NCBI GenBank assembly: GCA_010093815.1
Contig: ML996565.1
DNA length: 64,000 nucleotides
Strand: one strand, 5' to 3'
DNA from: Pseudovirgaria hyperparasitica
Lineage: Eukaryota
The position numbers and the translations under genes were made by a program. Shown here one piece after another: positions 12,120-25,055 of the stretch. The notes below the pieces were generated by a model. The model was not told where the DNA came from. It did no database searches and saw nothing but the letters and a program-made list of their open reading frames with translations. Position 1 is the first letter of the stretch. Every line of letters begins with the position of its first letter.

Positions 12120-12809
12120 ATGACCACCCGCCCCGGTATCCCCGGCCTCCAAACCGCCAACCTGCCCGCCCTCTCCGAAGAAGCCGCCTCCGCCACCGCC
12201 TCACCAGCACGTGGCCGCGAAATGCGCAACGACGTGCTCCAAAAGCTGCGCGTCCCGCAGTTCATCCACGTCTGGGACTTCTGGCACGGCCGGCCCGCCG
12301 CCTCCGCAATCGCCCTCACCAAGCTCTCCAACGAGGAAGGCATCCGCAACATCAAGGACATGTGGGAGGTCTTCAACAACTTCGACCTCGCAAAGCTGCT
12401 CGACAAGGACACCATCGCCCTCTTCCACCACGGCGTCCGGCCCGAGTGGGAGGACGCCCGCAACACCCGCGGCGGCAGCTGGACCTTCCGCGTCAAGGCC
12501 GCGCACGCCCCAGAGTTCTGGAAACAGCTCGCCGTCATGGCCGGCGGCGAGATTCTGCAAAACGCCGTTGCTACGCAGCGTGCCTCGTTCAATGACGAGA
12601 TTTGTGGCATCTCGTATAGTCCGCGTGGCCGCCTGGTCAAGATTGCGGTCTGGAATAGGGACGGTGAGAATGAGGCGGGGATTGAGCGGTTGAAGGCTTG
12701 TGTGCTGGAGAATATCCCCAAGGAGCTGTTGCCGGAGGGGAATATGTTTGTTTATTATAAGAAGCATAGCGAGGATCCGGAGTTTCAGAAGGTGATGGGT
12801 GGGAAGTAG
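12120..12809 (+). CDS. Translation initiation factor eIF4E-family paralog (eIF4E-3-like)
   Basis: HVWDFW, MWEVFN, LFHHGVRPEWED..NTRGGSW, DEICG, IAVWNR and YYKKH. ATG at 12120 lies in a CACCATG context. Confidence 0.9.
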   Translation: MTTRPGIPGLQTANLPALSEEAASATASPARGREMRNDVLQKLRVPQFIHVWDFWHGRPAASAIALTKLSNEEGIRNIKDMWEVFNNFDLAKLLDKDTIALFHHGVRPEWEDARNTRGGSWTFRVKAAHAPEFWKQLAVMAGGEILQNAVATQRASFNDEICGISYSPRGRLVKIAVWNRDGENEAGIERLKACVLENIPKELLPEGNMFVYYKKHSEDPEFQKVMGGK

Positions 12810-12831
12810 GTAGGGGTGGTCTTGTGGAAAC

Positions 12832-12861
12832 GAGGTTGAGGTTGAGGTTGAGGTTGAGGTT
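12832..12861. repeat. (GAGGTT)5 hexanucleotide repeat in the eIF4E 3' UTR region
   Basis: Read directly. Confidence 0.85.
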
Positions 12862-13621
12862 TCTAGCAAAGTTTGCATATAGGCTTGACTCGGACGTGGG
12901 TAGTTAGTTAGGTCGGCATTTGGAAGGTGCGGTGCTCGGATTTCTTCTGCAGGTCAGGGACAGGACAGCGGATGGGTTTGATCGGACTTGGGAGACTTAG
13001 GCACCTAGAGGGTAGGGTGGGTGTGCATTTTCTTCAACATATTAGGTACCCAGCATGCATCCATAGCCTTAGAATGCTTAGAATCCTTAGAATCACACAC
13101 AAACATGAGAACACTCAAGCACATACAAATCTGCCGTTCTACATGTTTTTTCCTCGCGGCACCTGTCAAGAAACCAGATTCTATCCATCCGTCCATCCAT
13201 CCATCCAGTCTGCTCGAAGAGACGTGTTCTATCGTTCGTAATGCCGATACCGTCCTCCTCCATCGCCGTAATCATGCCGCAATCATGGATAGTAGGTACA
13301 TAATACATCATCCCAAAGCTAAAGAATGCATGCATGCCCGGACTTTTTCCCCCTCGTTACCCAATGCACGAATTGCATTGCATCATCCTACAATCGATGT
13401 GATATGCCAATTGAAAAAAATGCCCCTCGCTCCATTTGTCCTTTCATCGATCCATCCATGGGTATATAGTACAACCAAGTAGCCCGCCCAAGAACACAAT
13501 GCATAATGCCAAATATTTTCTCCTCGCGCCAAGCCAGATCACACCTACCTGTCAACATCGATATTCTCAACGCAACAAAACGCACAAGGAAAGCGAAATA
13601 AGATCCATCTACCCTTATAGC

Positions 13622-15183
13622 CTACCTCTTTGCCCTCCGCACCTTCCTCGCCTGAAACTCACGCAGCAACTCAAACGTCTTTGTAGCAACAAAATACTCC
13701 CCGGCAGCATCCGTCCAACTGACACTCCCGCTGAAATACTCACGGCGCTCCACTTTGAGCGTATTCCGGATATCCTCGAGATTATTCTCCTTGATCTCCC
13801 AGTTGGCGGGCACGAAGCTCTTGAGGCTGAAGATGCGAGCGCCCTCCTTGAGGTCGAGGAAGCGCAGCATGAGCAGCTCGTTGAGCTCCGGGTTGAAGGC
13901 CTTGTTGTTGACGAGGATGACGTCTGCGCGCGGCAGCATGGCGGTGATGCGGTCGTTTTTTGTAAAGTCGCCGTCGAGCAGGTGGACGGCGCCGGGCCGG
14001 ATGCCCCAGAGGGCGCAGCGGGCGGAGAATTCGGCACGTTGCGAGGCGGCGAGTTTGCAGGGGTTGGGCATCATTTCGATACCCCAGCTCTCCGCGCCGG
14101 TTTCGAGGGCGGCCTGGAGGACAACGTTGCCGACGCCGGAGCCGAGGTCGACGAAGACGGAGGACGAGGTCAGGGCCATTTCGCGGAAGATGAGGTGGAT
14201 GAAGCGGGGGAGCAGTTCGCCGTAGACATTGTTGCCGCCATTTTCGTATTGGCGGAGGAGAGCTACGTGTGGGGAGACGGTGCGGGATGTGCATTGGGAG
14301 AGAATGCGTTCGACAAGTTCAAGAGAGACAGTGTGAGAGGCTTGGAGAGCCCGGGGGATGGTCCCGTCGGCGAGAGAAGTGGACACCAGAGTGTTGTATT
14401 CTTCGACGACTTTTAGAAAGTCGGATTGGGATTTCTTGTAGACTGCCGTTCGCAAACGGCGCGGTATACCGCTGATGTCGTCTGTGAGTTCTTCGGTCTG
14501 GGCAGGTGGGAAGTAATGTTTGCAGACTTGGTAAATGGTCTGAACGATATCCTCCACGGGATCGAAACTTTCACTTTCACGACCCTTCATGAGCAGAAAT
14601 CTAAGAGTGTGTCAGTCTGACGCTTATATGCCATAAAGCTTCCCCATCCATACCTCTCTGAGTCAGAGTTGCTGGGATATTTCAGAGAGAGCGTCGCAGG
14701 CTTGTCCTCTGCCGGAAACATAGGTATTCTCTTGTCCACCATATCTACCAAGTCAGTGCCATGGATTATCTTAGAAGTCTTCCTGCGCAAATCTTCCTCT
14801 GTGACCCATGTTTTTCTTGCAGGATCGGGAGTAAGATCAGTGCTCAGTTTTGTCCTTTTTCTGGTTGCCGCCTCTTCCTCGTTGCTGCTCTCATCACTGC
14901 TTTCCACTCTCTGAATCTCGGAGACAATCTTCCTCTTGGCCGGTGCCTTCTTCCTAGGTGGCGTAGAATGTCTCGAAATGCTCTGCGAAGACGGTTTTGG
15001 TGACGGTCGCGGGCCTCTGTTGACAAGGCTGGACGGCTTCAAGTTGGGAGTACTGTGGGCGCGTTTCAGATTATTGGCGTCGATCCCGCTATGGGAGGGC
15101 GTCTTTGGGGAAGACATCTCCCCATTTTTAGACACAACAACAGTGCGCTTTTGTACCTTGGCGGCCTTGAAGTTGGCAAACAT
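13622..15183 (-). CDS. DOT1: Histone H3K79 methyltransferase Dot1
   Basis: NVYGEL, FVDLGSGVGNVVLQAA, GIE, ADVILVNN and SVSWT motifs, plus a basic N-terminus. Intron at 14653-14601. Confidence 0.95.
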
Positions 15184-15964
15184 GGTGAGGATGGGCGCAG
15201 GTCTCTGAACTGCTTTGCGCGGTGGAGAGGAAGCGCGGGGTCCAGTTAAACTGATGGAGAGGGTCTTGATAGATGTATTAAGAATATGCGAAGGATATGA
15301 TAGCGAGCGCAGGGGTACTACCAGCCAGGTAGATACCAAGTAAGGAGTGCGATCAAATTTTTGTCAAGGGAATGCGAATTGACGTCCGATCGTAGGACCC
15401 TCTTTCTAGGCAGAAATGGAATGACGGCGCACGGCATAATATTTGTCTGCGCTTGGTACGGCTCCGGGGACCCTGCCATGGAGGCACTAGTCCACGAATA
15501 GCTTAGAACATCAATACCGCCGTGATCAGCCCTCAGGAACGCAGGCAGGGGTGAAGAAAACCGCCCGAAAACTGCACCCATGTAAGTATACGGCACATAG
15601 ACAGTCTGGTTTGAATCAAGTACGACGAGCATAGCACGAGTTTCATTAATATTACCCCTCCACCGTACCCTGCGTATATATACACAGAAGCTCGAAACCA
15701 TTCCTCATTTTTCACTGGTCCTGATTACAGAAAGCACATATATACCGACCCCTAGAACCGTTCGACCAGCCGATAGGCCTGGTCCTCCTCATGGTGCCAA
15801 CGCACAAAGCGAACATGGTATCATTTTGAAGAAGATTGTAGCAGACAGTCAAGGATTAACAAATGAAACGAGCTTGGATGGCGACGTATGTTCGCTACCG
15901 TTCGGTTTTGTCATCGACACTCCATGATTGGAATCGTGCGCCATGCATCATTGCTACGGTCGAC

Positions 15965-18745
15965 TCAGACGACAGGAGCAGTGTTGGCAGAGCCGTTAAC
16001 AACTCCAGGAGCTGACTTGAAGGCATCATCAACCTGAGCACTGAAACCGTTGGCAGGAACTGCGCCAGTGGTGGTGGTCGGGATAGCAGATGAACCATTA
16101 GCATGAGCTCGGGTGATGGGCTTCAATGAGGGAACATTCGGGGTCTCAGCAGCATTGCCGATGCTGAAGACAGGAGATTCCCATTTCTCGCCCTTTGCGG
16201 CAAGGTTCTTGTAGTCGGTAGCCTTGGAACTGATGCCGCCAGGGAGGGTAATGTCCTTGAAGATGCTGTCATGCTGTGTAACGGCAACATTGACTTGAGC
16301 CTCCTTCGCCTTGTCGGCCTTCTTCTTGCCCTCGAGAACCTTCTTGTTCATGGCAGCGTAGTATCGTTGGTAGATGTTCTGGACGTTCTCGGGCGATGGG
16401 TCACGCTTAGCGTCCTCTTTGGCCTTCTCTGCTTCTTTGTGGATGGCATACCACTTGGAGTCGAGCGCGTTGACCTGATCCTTGATCTGCTTCTCAATAG
16501 CCTTCTCGATAGCAGGACGCAGAGTCTTGAGGGCGAGAGACTTGAAGAGAGTGAAGAGGAGCTTGTGGCTAGACTTCTTGATCTTGATCTTCATGTTCTT
16601 GATGTCAACAGAGACCTTGTTAACCTTGAAGAAATGCGCGTTGTCCTTCTTGTCCTTGTCCGCAGTCTCCATCTCGATCTTGAACGACAGACCAGAGCCA
16701 CCGAGGAAGAGGTCAACGACACCCTTGTCAGTGATCTTAGGGGTACCCTGCTTGCGCTTGACGTAGTAGCTGACATCCTTGAGGTCCATCTGAATTCCAG
16801 ACACAGACAGCATCACCTTGTTCTTATTCTTGGATGCCACTTGCTTGCGGCCCCAGCGCCAGTAGTTGTCGCTTCCAAACTCGGCGATGTTGGGCATAAG
16901 ATTGTCAGATTCGATGACCAGGTTCTCGATAATGGCATCGACCTGGTTATCCGAGTACTCGATACGAGGGATTGGGACGTATCGGACAGATTCGAATACG
17001 GCAGGTAAGATGACCTCTGTGAGATCCTTGACGAGATGAGGCTTAAACGTCGGCTTTCCATTCTCATCGTTTCCGAGGTCCTGGAACAGTTTCTGGAGGC
17101 TCAAGCCGAATTCCTTGTTCTGCGGGTCCGCATCAAACTGGTTGGCATACGACTTTGTCTCGTTGAGGACGCGGTCGGTGTGGGTACGGTATTTCTCGCG
17201 AAGGAGGTAGCGGCCACGGTCATACAGCTCGTTGTACTGACGAGTGGACTCATCCTCCATGATGAAGCCCTGCTGCTTGAGGCACTTGCGAATGTAAGTG
17301 TCAACATCCTTGAACCATTGCTTGAGCTCCGGATCCTGATCAGCATCCTTGTAGATGGCGTTGATAGACTCGAAAAGGTCATCGAGCGACGTGCTGTTGG
17401 CAAATCGTTCGATCAGAGTCTTCAGGTTTGTCAGCATTGGTTGGATTTGTGATTTAACACCTAATATACCTTCAAGTCAGCTTCAGCAGTTTTCAAAGAA
17501 CCAGCTCCGTGGGCACCTTTCACTTGTCCTTGGCCGTGCTCGGCGAGAGTTCTTCCGTGGCCAGTGTACTCTTCGGCGAGGCGAAGGAGAGTCTCGATTG
17601 CTTGGAGGTCTGACGGTAGTGTTAGCGTTGGGATGCGTGGTGCGATTGAGGGAGCGAATACATACAATCTTGGTGACCTTGGACTTCAATGACCATCTTC
17701 TTGAGACGCCAGATGGTTTGCTCGCGACGTTCTTTGGGCATCTTGCTCTTGAGGTATTTATCAGTCTTCTCACGAAGCTCCTTGGCCTTCGCGTTGACCT
17801 TATCTTTCTGCTTATCGTCAATGTTCTCGGATGCAGCATTCTTGAGAGTAGATGCACCAGCGGCAAGGCCGCCTTGAGCGTCAACACCTTGGTCTTGTCC
17901 AGATTGAGCTTCCTTCGCTGCAATATCGCCGGCAGCATTAGGATCACGCGTACCAGTAGCAGCCTCAGAGGCATCAGCGGCGGCTTTGTCGAGATCCGAC
18001 TTCTTGAACGGGGAGATGTTCTTTGCCTGCTCCTTGAGTTTGGCGGCGGATAGATCCGGCGTGTCATGCCAAACATTGTCATCAGCTGGCTTATCGATCT
18101 GGTTCAACGCATCCTCGTCGGGATTTACTACGTTCGCAGCGTTCTGAGCAGCGTCACCAGCGATGTCGCGGAGCAGAATTGAAGCATCACTCACTGACCT
18201 AGTTAGTAATACACGCGAAAAGTTATTTGACACACTTACATAGCTTGCGGAATTGACCGTTACTGATCAGAAGCGTTCCGAGTGTTCTCAGCCCATCGAG
18301 GGCCTCATTGCCATGCTGCTTGGCAGTGTCCTTGTCGACTGGAGCGCCTGGGGCCTTGACATCAACCTCGCCCAGCTGCTGTGTTTGCCAGATGAAGTCT
18401 TGGAGGACATTTCCGCTGTTCTTTGTCAAGAGCAAAAGCTTCGCCTTGGTGACGACGTCTCTGAAGTCTTCGACGAGCTTTTGGCCCTCTGGAGAAAGCT
18501 TCTTGGATGGAGCGGAGATGGGCTTAGAAGCAAGGAAGCTGTTGAGGGCGATGTCGATCTGTTTGTTTGAGGGAGCTTTGCCGTTTGCGAAAGCTGACGG
18601 ATACGAGATTAGATGCTGATCGCCTGGAGTATCAATGACAAGGATACAGACCTGAGTAGATGCCGTAGAGCTGAAGCTTGTTGTTGACATCAGTCTCCTT
18701 TTGCTTGACGTCGGTGGGTCTGTTCACAGCGCTGGAAGAGGCCAT
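15965..18745 (-). CDS. HAM1-like DUF5923/DUF4449 (BPI/TULIP-like) protein, multi-exon
   Basis: Starts MASSSAVNRPTDVKQKETDVNNKLQLYGIY|AFANGKAPSNKQID, continues through PKERREQTIWRLKKM and YVPIPRIEYSD..IENL. Four short introns join ORFs 18223-18690, 17622-18233, 17461-17667 and 15965-17437. Confidence 0.85.
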
Positions 18746-21452
18746 AATTGCGTGAGATGGGTGGCAGATGGGGAGGTGGAAGGAATGATTAAGGTATCTT
18801 GGGTATCTCAAAGGAAGTCGCTGAGGATTGGGGTATCAAGAAAATGCAATTGCGATATTGAGGAAACAAAAGCTTTCACTCAAGATGGGAGAGGAAGAGA
18901 TTTTGAGATGGCGTTGAAGAAGGGGAAGAGCGATTGGGTTTTGAGTTAGCGTAGCTACGGTGTGCGGTCTACCAAGCAACGCAAAACCTGTGCCAGGCGT
19001 GTGCAAGTGCAAGTACAGGTTGAAGAAGGCGCGTTTTGGTCAAGAATACGTCACCAATCCTGGCCCAAGCTCCTTCCCGCGTTGGAGCTCCACCAGCTGC
19101 AGCAGCACCAGCACCAGGGCAGCCCCCAGCACTCAACTCATCTCATTCCCTCACTCGCACTCCTCACGCGCACTACTAGTAAAACTAATAAATGATAAAT
19201 AATCAGTCTGGACGGGATGGATGTCTAGAAGCACGCCAGCACTAATAGGATACCAGGAACCAGTCATATTTCACAACATCCAATGTTTTGTTATTATTGC
19301 TGTTGTTCGCAGTAGCGGCACGTTATCAACTGTAGCCTTCAGGCTTGCAGCAGGTCTATCTAATAATGTAGGTAAGTGATCCCCAGGGGGCCATGGACGA
19401 GCAGTTTGCGCCTACGAAAGAGGAATTTGGCTGCCTAGCTGGCCAATTTGGGTGGGACGCCCCCTGATTGAGGGCTAGAACAGGGACATGGGTAGCTAAT
19501 TAGCGGAGAAACTTAGGGGGAAGACAGCAGACAGCCAGGGACAAGCTCAGCAAAGGTGGAGGTATCGCGATCCTGGCCAGCTTTTCCCTGCTTTTCGTCA
19601 TCTGTCGTCAATCTGTGCGACGGCAGCTCCAGCCACAGCGTCGATCCTTTCGATCTTCTCGATCCTGCAGCCGGTTCTGACTCTTGGGTATTCCTGGTGA
19701 TGGGATACTTACTCCTCCTCGTTTGTCCGCGTCCAGGCCAGAGTAAAAGTTCGTCACAAAGCATATAGCATCAGAGTGTCGCATTCCAACTTTCAAGCTG
19801 CTTGTCCGTGAGCCTCTCAGCAAGTCGCTAGCTGAATGGAGCTTGCGTCAAATGAGCCATGTCCAAACAATAGCCACTTCATCTCACAAGACGCGTTCAA
19901 TCTGGGGAAGCGCCCGCGCCGTCGTCTTTACACACAGACCATTGAGCAAGATCGAGCTGTGGCGCTCCAGAGAGTCCATACATACGTCCGTCAAACGCAT
20001 CATTGATCCAGCGATCGAAGTCCTGTCAAAATCGTCCACAAGTTACTTGCTGCATGTTGGCAGTGCTGTCCGCTGCCCTGCTATCGCGCGTCGCGATTCT
20101 CAACAGCTGGTCTCTCCCTTCAAATGACGTCATTCGCTCTGCAGATCAAGCCAACTCCTAACAAGCTCTTGGAGAGCGATGTTTGCGACGTGGCTTTTCT
20201 CGGCCTCTAGTTTTTCGCAATGTGTCAATCTACTCAAGTCGTGGCAACTCGATGCTTCGGTTCGACTTGGCAAGTAACACAGTCGTTTCATACCACGACA
20301 TGCGGGCATTACTATGAGGTTAAAAATCGCCCATAGATCACAAGACACTCCAAGGTCGAGCACAATCATGAGCATACCACAAAAGTCCGATCTGTTGTTT
20401 CTCGCGCTAGTCCGTTCTAGGCATTATACAATTCCTGTGGTCCTCGGATGTCAAGTGTGCCGTGTCTCAACGAACCATGGCCCGGACGTAAAACACACAC
20501 TTGTCCTGAGACTATTTACACTAATTGTCCCGAACCTAACATACGCTAAATCCCCATTGTGATCATTGCCTAAGGTGGCGCAACAAAACTCTCTTGTCGC
20601 AAGGCACCAATTGCCACAATTTCGTGACATACCAACAACGGCTATACATCTCCACCTTTCCCCCAAGCCAGAGAATAGCCGCAGACGACTTCCAGTTTAG
20701 AATGTTTTCCAGTTGTGCTATACAAGGCGAACGTGAAAGGCCAGATCAGATGCAATGGTAACTTTTCTCCATTGTCCATCAGGATATTGCCTAACGATGG
20801 GCATCTGATCTTTTCCTTAGTGTAGGTCGTGTAATCGACATGATACTCATACTTACGGCAGGTATACATGTTTCCTCATAGTCCCTTCCTTACCATTTAA
20901 GCCTTCTCTCTTTCCCCCACGGTTATTCAACACCTGCAAGTACCTTCATTTACGCTAGAGGGGGGATATGACGTCATTCGGGTTGGTGTATCAGGTGTAT
21001 GCGTTTGCTTCTACAAACACTTTGTCTGAACTCAGCTCGGAGACATCTTTCATCTCATATGTCTCCTTTAGGAAGTCTATTAGCAGTAATTGGAAATATA
21101 AAAATGTATGTAAGTTAAAGCTTCTCGTAAACTTCAACGAAAGTTTTGCACACTCATTTGGAACATTTAGAGTCTTATAATATACTTATCTTCCTACCAT
21201 GTATTATACTAGGATTCATAGTAGCTATGTATAGAGACAGTCTTAGTGTCTCTATGCTTCGCACTCTGACTACTCGTAGACTGCCCCACTTCCCACGTGG
21301 CTGTAGAAAGTCTCCGCTGATATATATAAAAAGAACCAAGACGTAAACACCCAATGCTTAAATCAGCACTTCGACCTCAACATAATCATTATCAACACTT
21401 CCTCTCACACACTCCTCACAAATCCCCAGCCCTCAATCCCCCATCAAGCAAA

Positions 21453-22448
21453 ATGCTCGAATCCCTCCCTCCCCGCAAAACATACACCATCCCCTCAACC
21501 TCCCACACCTACTCCTACATCTCCATCCCCGCAACAACAAAACCCCACACCCTCCTCTTTCTCCACGGCTTCCCCTCCCACGCCCCCGACTTCATTCACC
21601 AAATAACACATTTCTCCAATAGTGGCTATGGCGTCCTGGTCCCCGACCTCCTCGGCTACGGCCACACCTCCGCGCCCACAGACGTCGCCGCATACACCCT
21701 CAAGAACATGTCCGCAGAGCTCGCCCAGCTCATCAGACATGCCACTCCGACAGAACGCAGAGTTGTAGGCGTCGGTCATGATTTCGGGGCTACGCTGCTC
21801 AGTCGCGCGGTTGCGTATCATCCGGAGCTCTTCTCCGCACTTGTCTTCTTATCCGTCGGCCCACCGAAACTAGGCACGCCGTTCGATGTACATGCTATCA
21901 ATCGTGCGACGAGGGAGGCGACCGGGTGTGAGATGTTGGGGTATATACCCTGGCTCGGCGACATTAGCACCCCTGCTGCACAGCACGCGTGTGAGACGCA
22001 TGCGGAGAGTGTGATGAGCGTGCTCTTCGCTGCGCACGAGGAGGAAGTATGGGCGGCGCATTTCCGGCCCTTGGGTGCGCTTCGGGAGTTTGTGGAGCGA
22101 GGGGGCAAAGTGGATGAAGTTGCGGGGTGGTATACGTCGGAGTTGCAGCGGGCGCATTTGGATGTGTTTGGGCGGGAGGGGAGGGGGTATGTTGGGGTGA
22201 CCAGGTGGTATGGGATGTGGATGGGGGAGATGTATTTGGCGGATGAGGAAGGGATGGAAGGGGTGAGGGTGGAGGTGCCGGGGTTGTTTATTGGGGATGA
22301 TGGGGTGGGAGGGGAGATGCAGAGGGGGTTTTTGGCGGAGTGGGTGGTGGATTTGAGGACGAAGTTGGTGAGGACGGGACATTGGGTGCATTTGGAGAGG
22401 GCTGGGGTTGTCAATGCGGAGATTGAGGCGTTGCTGGAGGACTTGTAG
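21453..22448 (+). CDS. Alpha/beta hydrolase, epoxide-hydrolase-like
   Basis: LFLHGFP, PDLLGYG, GHDFG (Asp nucleophile) and GHWVHLE. Intronless. Confidence 0.9.
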   Translation: MLESLPPRKTYTIPSTSHTYSYISIPATTKPHTLLFLHGFPSHAPDFIHQITHFSNSGYGVLVPDLLGYGHTSAPTDVAAYTLKNMSAELAQLIRHATPTERRVVGVGHDFGATLLSRAVAYHPELFSALVFLSVGPPKLGTPFDVHAINRATREATGCEMLGYIPWLGDISTPAAQHACETHAESVMSVLFAAHEEEVWAAHFRPLGALREFVERGGKVDEVAGWYTSELQRAHLDVFGREGRGYVGVTRWYGMWMGEMYLADEEGMEGVRVEVPGLFIGDDGVGGEMQRGFLAEWVVDLRTKLVRTGHWVHLERAGVVNAEIEALLEDL

Positions 22449-22948
22449 GAGGAGTTGTTGTTGTATTATCATAGAGGATGCTTTCTTCGTCTTGGGTTGT
22501 GCAGACATCTGACTATGGCTACAGGATATCTCCAGTACCGCCTATCACTGCAGCATCACCTTTTAAGTATGCTAATGTCATTTATATATCACCAAGCTTG
22601 TTGGGGGGACCGACACGTTCCCGTTTCTTATGTTGAAATCCACAAGATGGTGGTGGATTGTATGGTAACACTGACGGCTCTTGAAATGAAGTGTCGAGGC
22701 CTCATCCTACCAGAAGACCCCATACACCATATAAGCAAGCTAAGCAATATTTGAAGGCCATCCAAGATACCTGTTTTTATCTCCAAGGCAGGAAACTTCA
22801 GAAGCCCGAGTAGCTTTGAGTAATTCAAGAGAGCTGTCAACACATTATCAATGTGCATTTCGCGTATACCGTGACATTTGGGATCTGCCAAGCATTAAGT
22901 AACCAATACATCGACCCACGTGTTTTGGTACATACATATTACAACGCT

Positions 22949-24155
22949 TTACACCTTCACAACAGGCTCCTGCAGCTTCTCTACCATCTTATCACAGATA
23001 TGCCTGATACCTTCCGCTCCCTCCTTTCCTTCCGAGCCTAGCTGTGACTCAAGCTGCTCCACAAATGTATGAGCTTTGTTGTTTAGTTCCATGATACATT
23101 TCTTGCTGTACTCGAAGCTTCCCATACTGTCCATGTACGCGACTGCGTACTTCTTCACGTCTTCATCCGTTGGCTTCTGCTTCAGAATACTAATCAGCAC
23201 AAGACTCGACGGATCGGCGCGCATGGCATGAATGACTGGGAAAGAGAATTTTCCTTCCGTCAGATCCTCGCAGAAGCCCTTCGCCGACGTGTACGTGGAC
23301 AGATTCAGGTGGTCATCGAGGATCTGGAAAAGCAGCCCGATCGTGTTTACTAGCGGCAGGCATTCGCTGGAGGTCATTAGCAGAGATTTCGATACATATA
23401 TTGATATAGGCTTACATCTTGACACTGCTCTCGGCTTGCATCAGCTTGATAGCCAACCGAAAGAGACCACCAGTCTTGTTGTGCACCATCTCGAGATAGT
23501 CCGCTTCGGTGGGACAGGTCAATGTGTCACGCCAATAGAGGTCCATGCCCTGCCCTCGGTGAAGATTGAGCAGCTCTTCTGTATAGATCAGGAGGGAATC
23601 GGGCGAGTTTAATTTCGACAGCTCTTGTAGCGCTACAAAATATATGTAATTTGCGCTATTGATTGTTTGTGCTGTTCCGAAAATATTATGTGCTACCGGC
23701 ACTCCACGACGAAGCGAAGAGAAGTCTTCCACGTCATCCACCAACAGCGATGCTGTATGTAGCATGCCCACAACTTTTGTTATGATCGACAAGCTATCCG
23801 GCGGCACCTTGAGCCATTTGTTGAAGGCTGCAATCAGCTGCGACCGAATGTCTTTCCCGGGATGACCATACAGATAGTCGTAAGGTGCCAACAGAATCTT
23901 CTCTTTCTCTACATTCCATGGTTGTTTGGTTTGATGTATTAGGTCGTTGCCTAGATCTTTGAGATCCTCTGGCGGAGGCAGCAACGTTGTAGTCTGCCTC
24001 CTTCTCGACGATATCCAATTCTCTTCGGGGAGCGGTCGCAAGATTGGTTTCTCTGCCATGCTGATCGGATGCGCTGGTGCGGTCGCAGCTACCATTCCAT
24101 GCGAGGATTTACGCGGCGGGATCGCATTCGGAGACGTTGGATTCTCATGAGCCAT
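22949..24155 (-). CDS. Geranylgeranyl diphosphate synthase (al-3/BTS1 type)
   Basis: [35 protein letters not shown] and [11 protein letters not shown]. Intron at 23415-23367. Confidence 0.95.
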
Positions 24156-24576
24156 CGCGATAGTGATTTAACCGCGGCAGGAGGGTAATGGGGTGGGCGT
24201 CTCCACAATCCCCTCTATGGAAGAGCAAGAGCAAGGTGGAAGGATACCTTATCTTCTAAAGTATTAGTGGCCGATGTTGCTTGACCTATGGTCTGACGTG
24301 CATGTGTCCCCAAACCTGAGACGTGAATTTGTCTCAGGCCACAACACCATAGAAAGCTGACCGGCAGCTGAAGCTGCGTCAGGCAGACATCAGATCTTCA
24401 AGGTCGCATCTCGGAACCTGAGATGTTGTTTTGTTAAGTAGCGCCGAGCCTTATGACGGACAATTGATAGCTGACGCGGATACACCGAGTCTGATAACGA
24501 GGGGCATATTCCGCAACACGTTATGCCGTCGAGAAACCTCTCAGATATGTAGAGTCTGGCTCGAAATCCACTCATT

Positions 24577-24663
24577 GGTCGCTTAGCTCAGTTGGTTAGA
24601 GCGTGGTGCTAATAAGCCTTCCCTGATACGCCAAGGTCGCGAGTTCGACCCTCGTAGTGACCA
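24577..24663 (+). tRNA. tRNA-Ile(AAT) with a canonical 13-nt intron at position 37/38 (24615-24627)
   Basis: Acceptor GGTCGCT/AGTGACC-A, D arm GCTC..GAGC, anticodon stem TGGTG/CGCCA with AAT at 24611-24613, and a GTTCGA T-loop. Confidence 0.95.
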
Positions 24664-25055
24664 TTATATTTTCGGCGCTCATGCGCAGTCCTCTCTTTTT
24701 GGGCGTGGAATGGCATCATTTTGTTCATATTCCTTCCCGTAGGAGATTATAAGGGTTGGGATAGATGTCATTGCGTATGCAAGGTCTCGACGGCAATCTG
24801 GGCCACGCACGCTAGTCGGGATCGGATTGGAGCTTTCCCCGCGGTCTGGTCTGCGCGTCTAACAGCTCAGCACATCACCATGGCAACCTACGCCATCACT
24901 CCCAGACCCTGGAAATCTGGGCAGCAATTTGAGAATGTGCGCCTTGCAACAACGGACTTCTGCTATCATCATTGCTTCTCTCATGTTATCAATTTTATCC
25001 TACTTATATTCACCTCACCATCCCTCGCGAAGGGCTCCTAAGCACCGCTGTCGGC

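Noticed and set aside
12065..14416. Long antisense or overlapping ORFs over eIF4E and DOT1 (also over HAM1-like, FEX and DUF4211)
   Set aside because: These are shadow frames caused by GC3/codon bias and have no motifs.
19500..20400. Short ORFs possibly forming a degraded gene
   Set aside because: Multiple stops in all frames and no motif.
21354..24155. Terpene biosynthetic cluster around GGPPS
   Set aside because: No cyclase, P450 or prenyltransferase lies nearby, and the neighbours are mostly housekeeping genes.
24615..24627. tRNA-Ile intron as a second spliceosomal case
   Set aside because: It is 13 nt, at canonical 37/38 and has no GT-AG ends, so it is an ordinary SEN-type intron.
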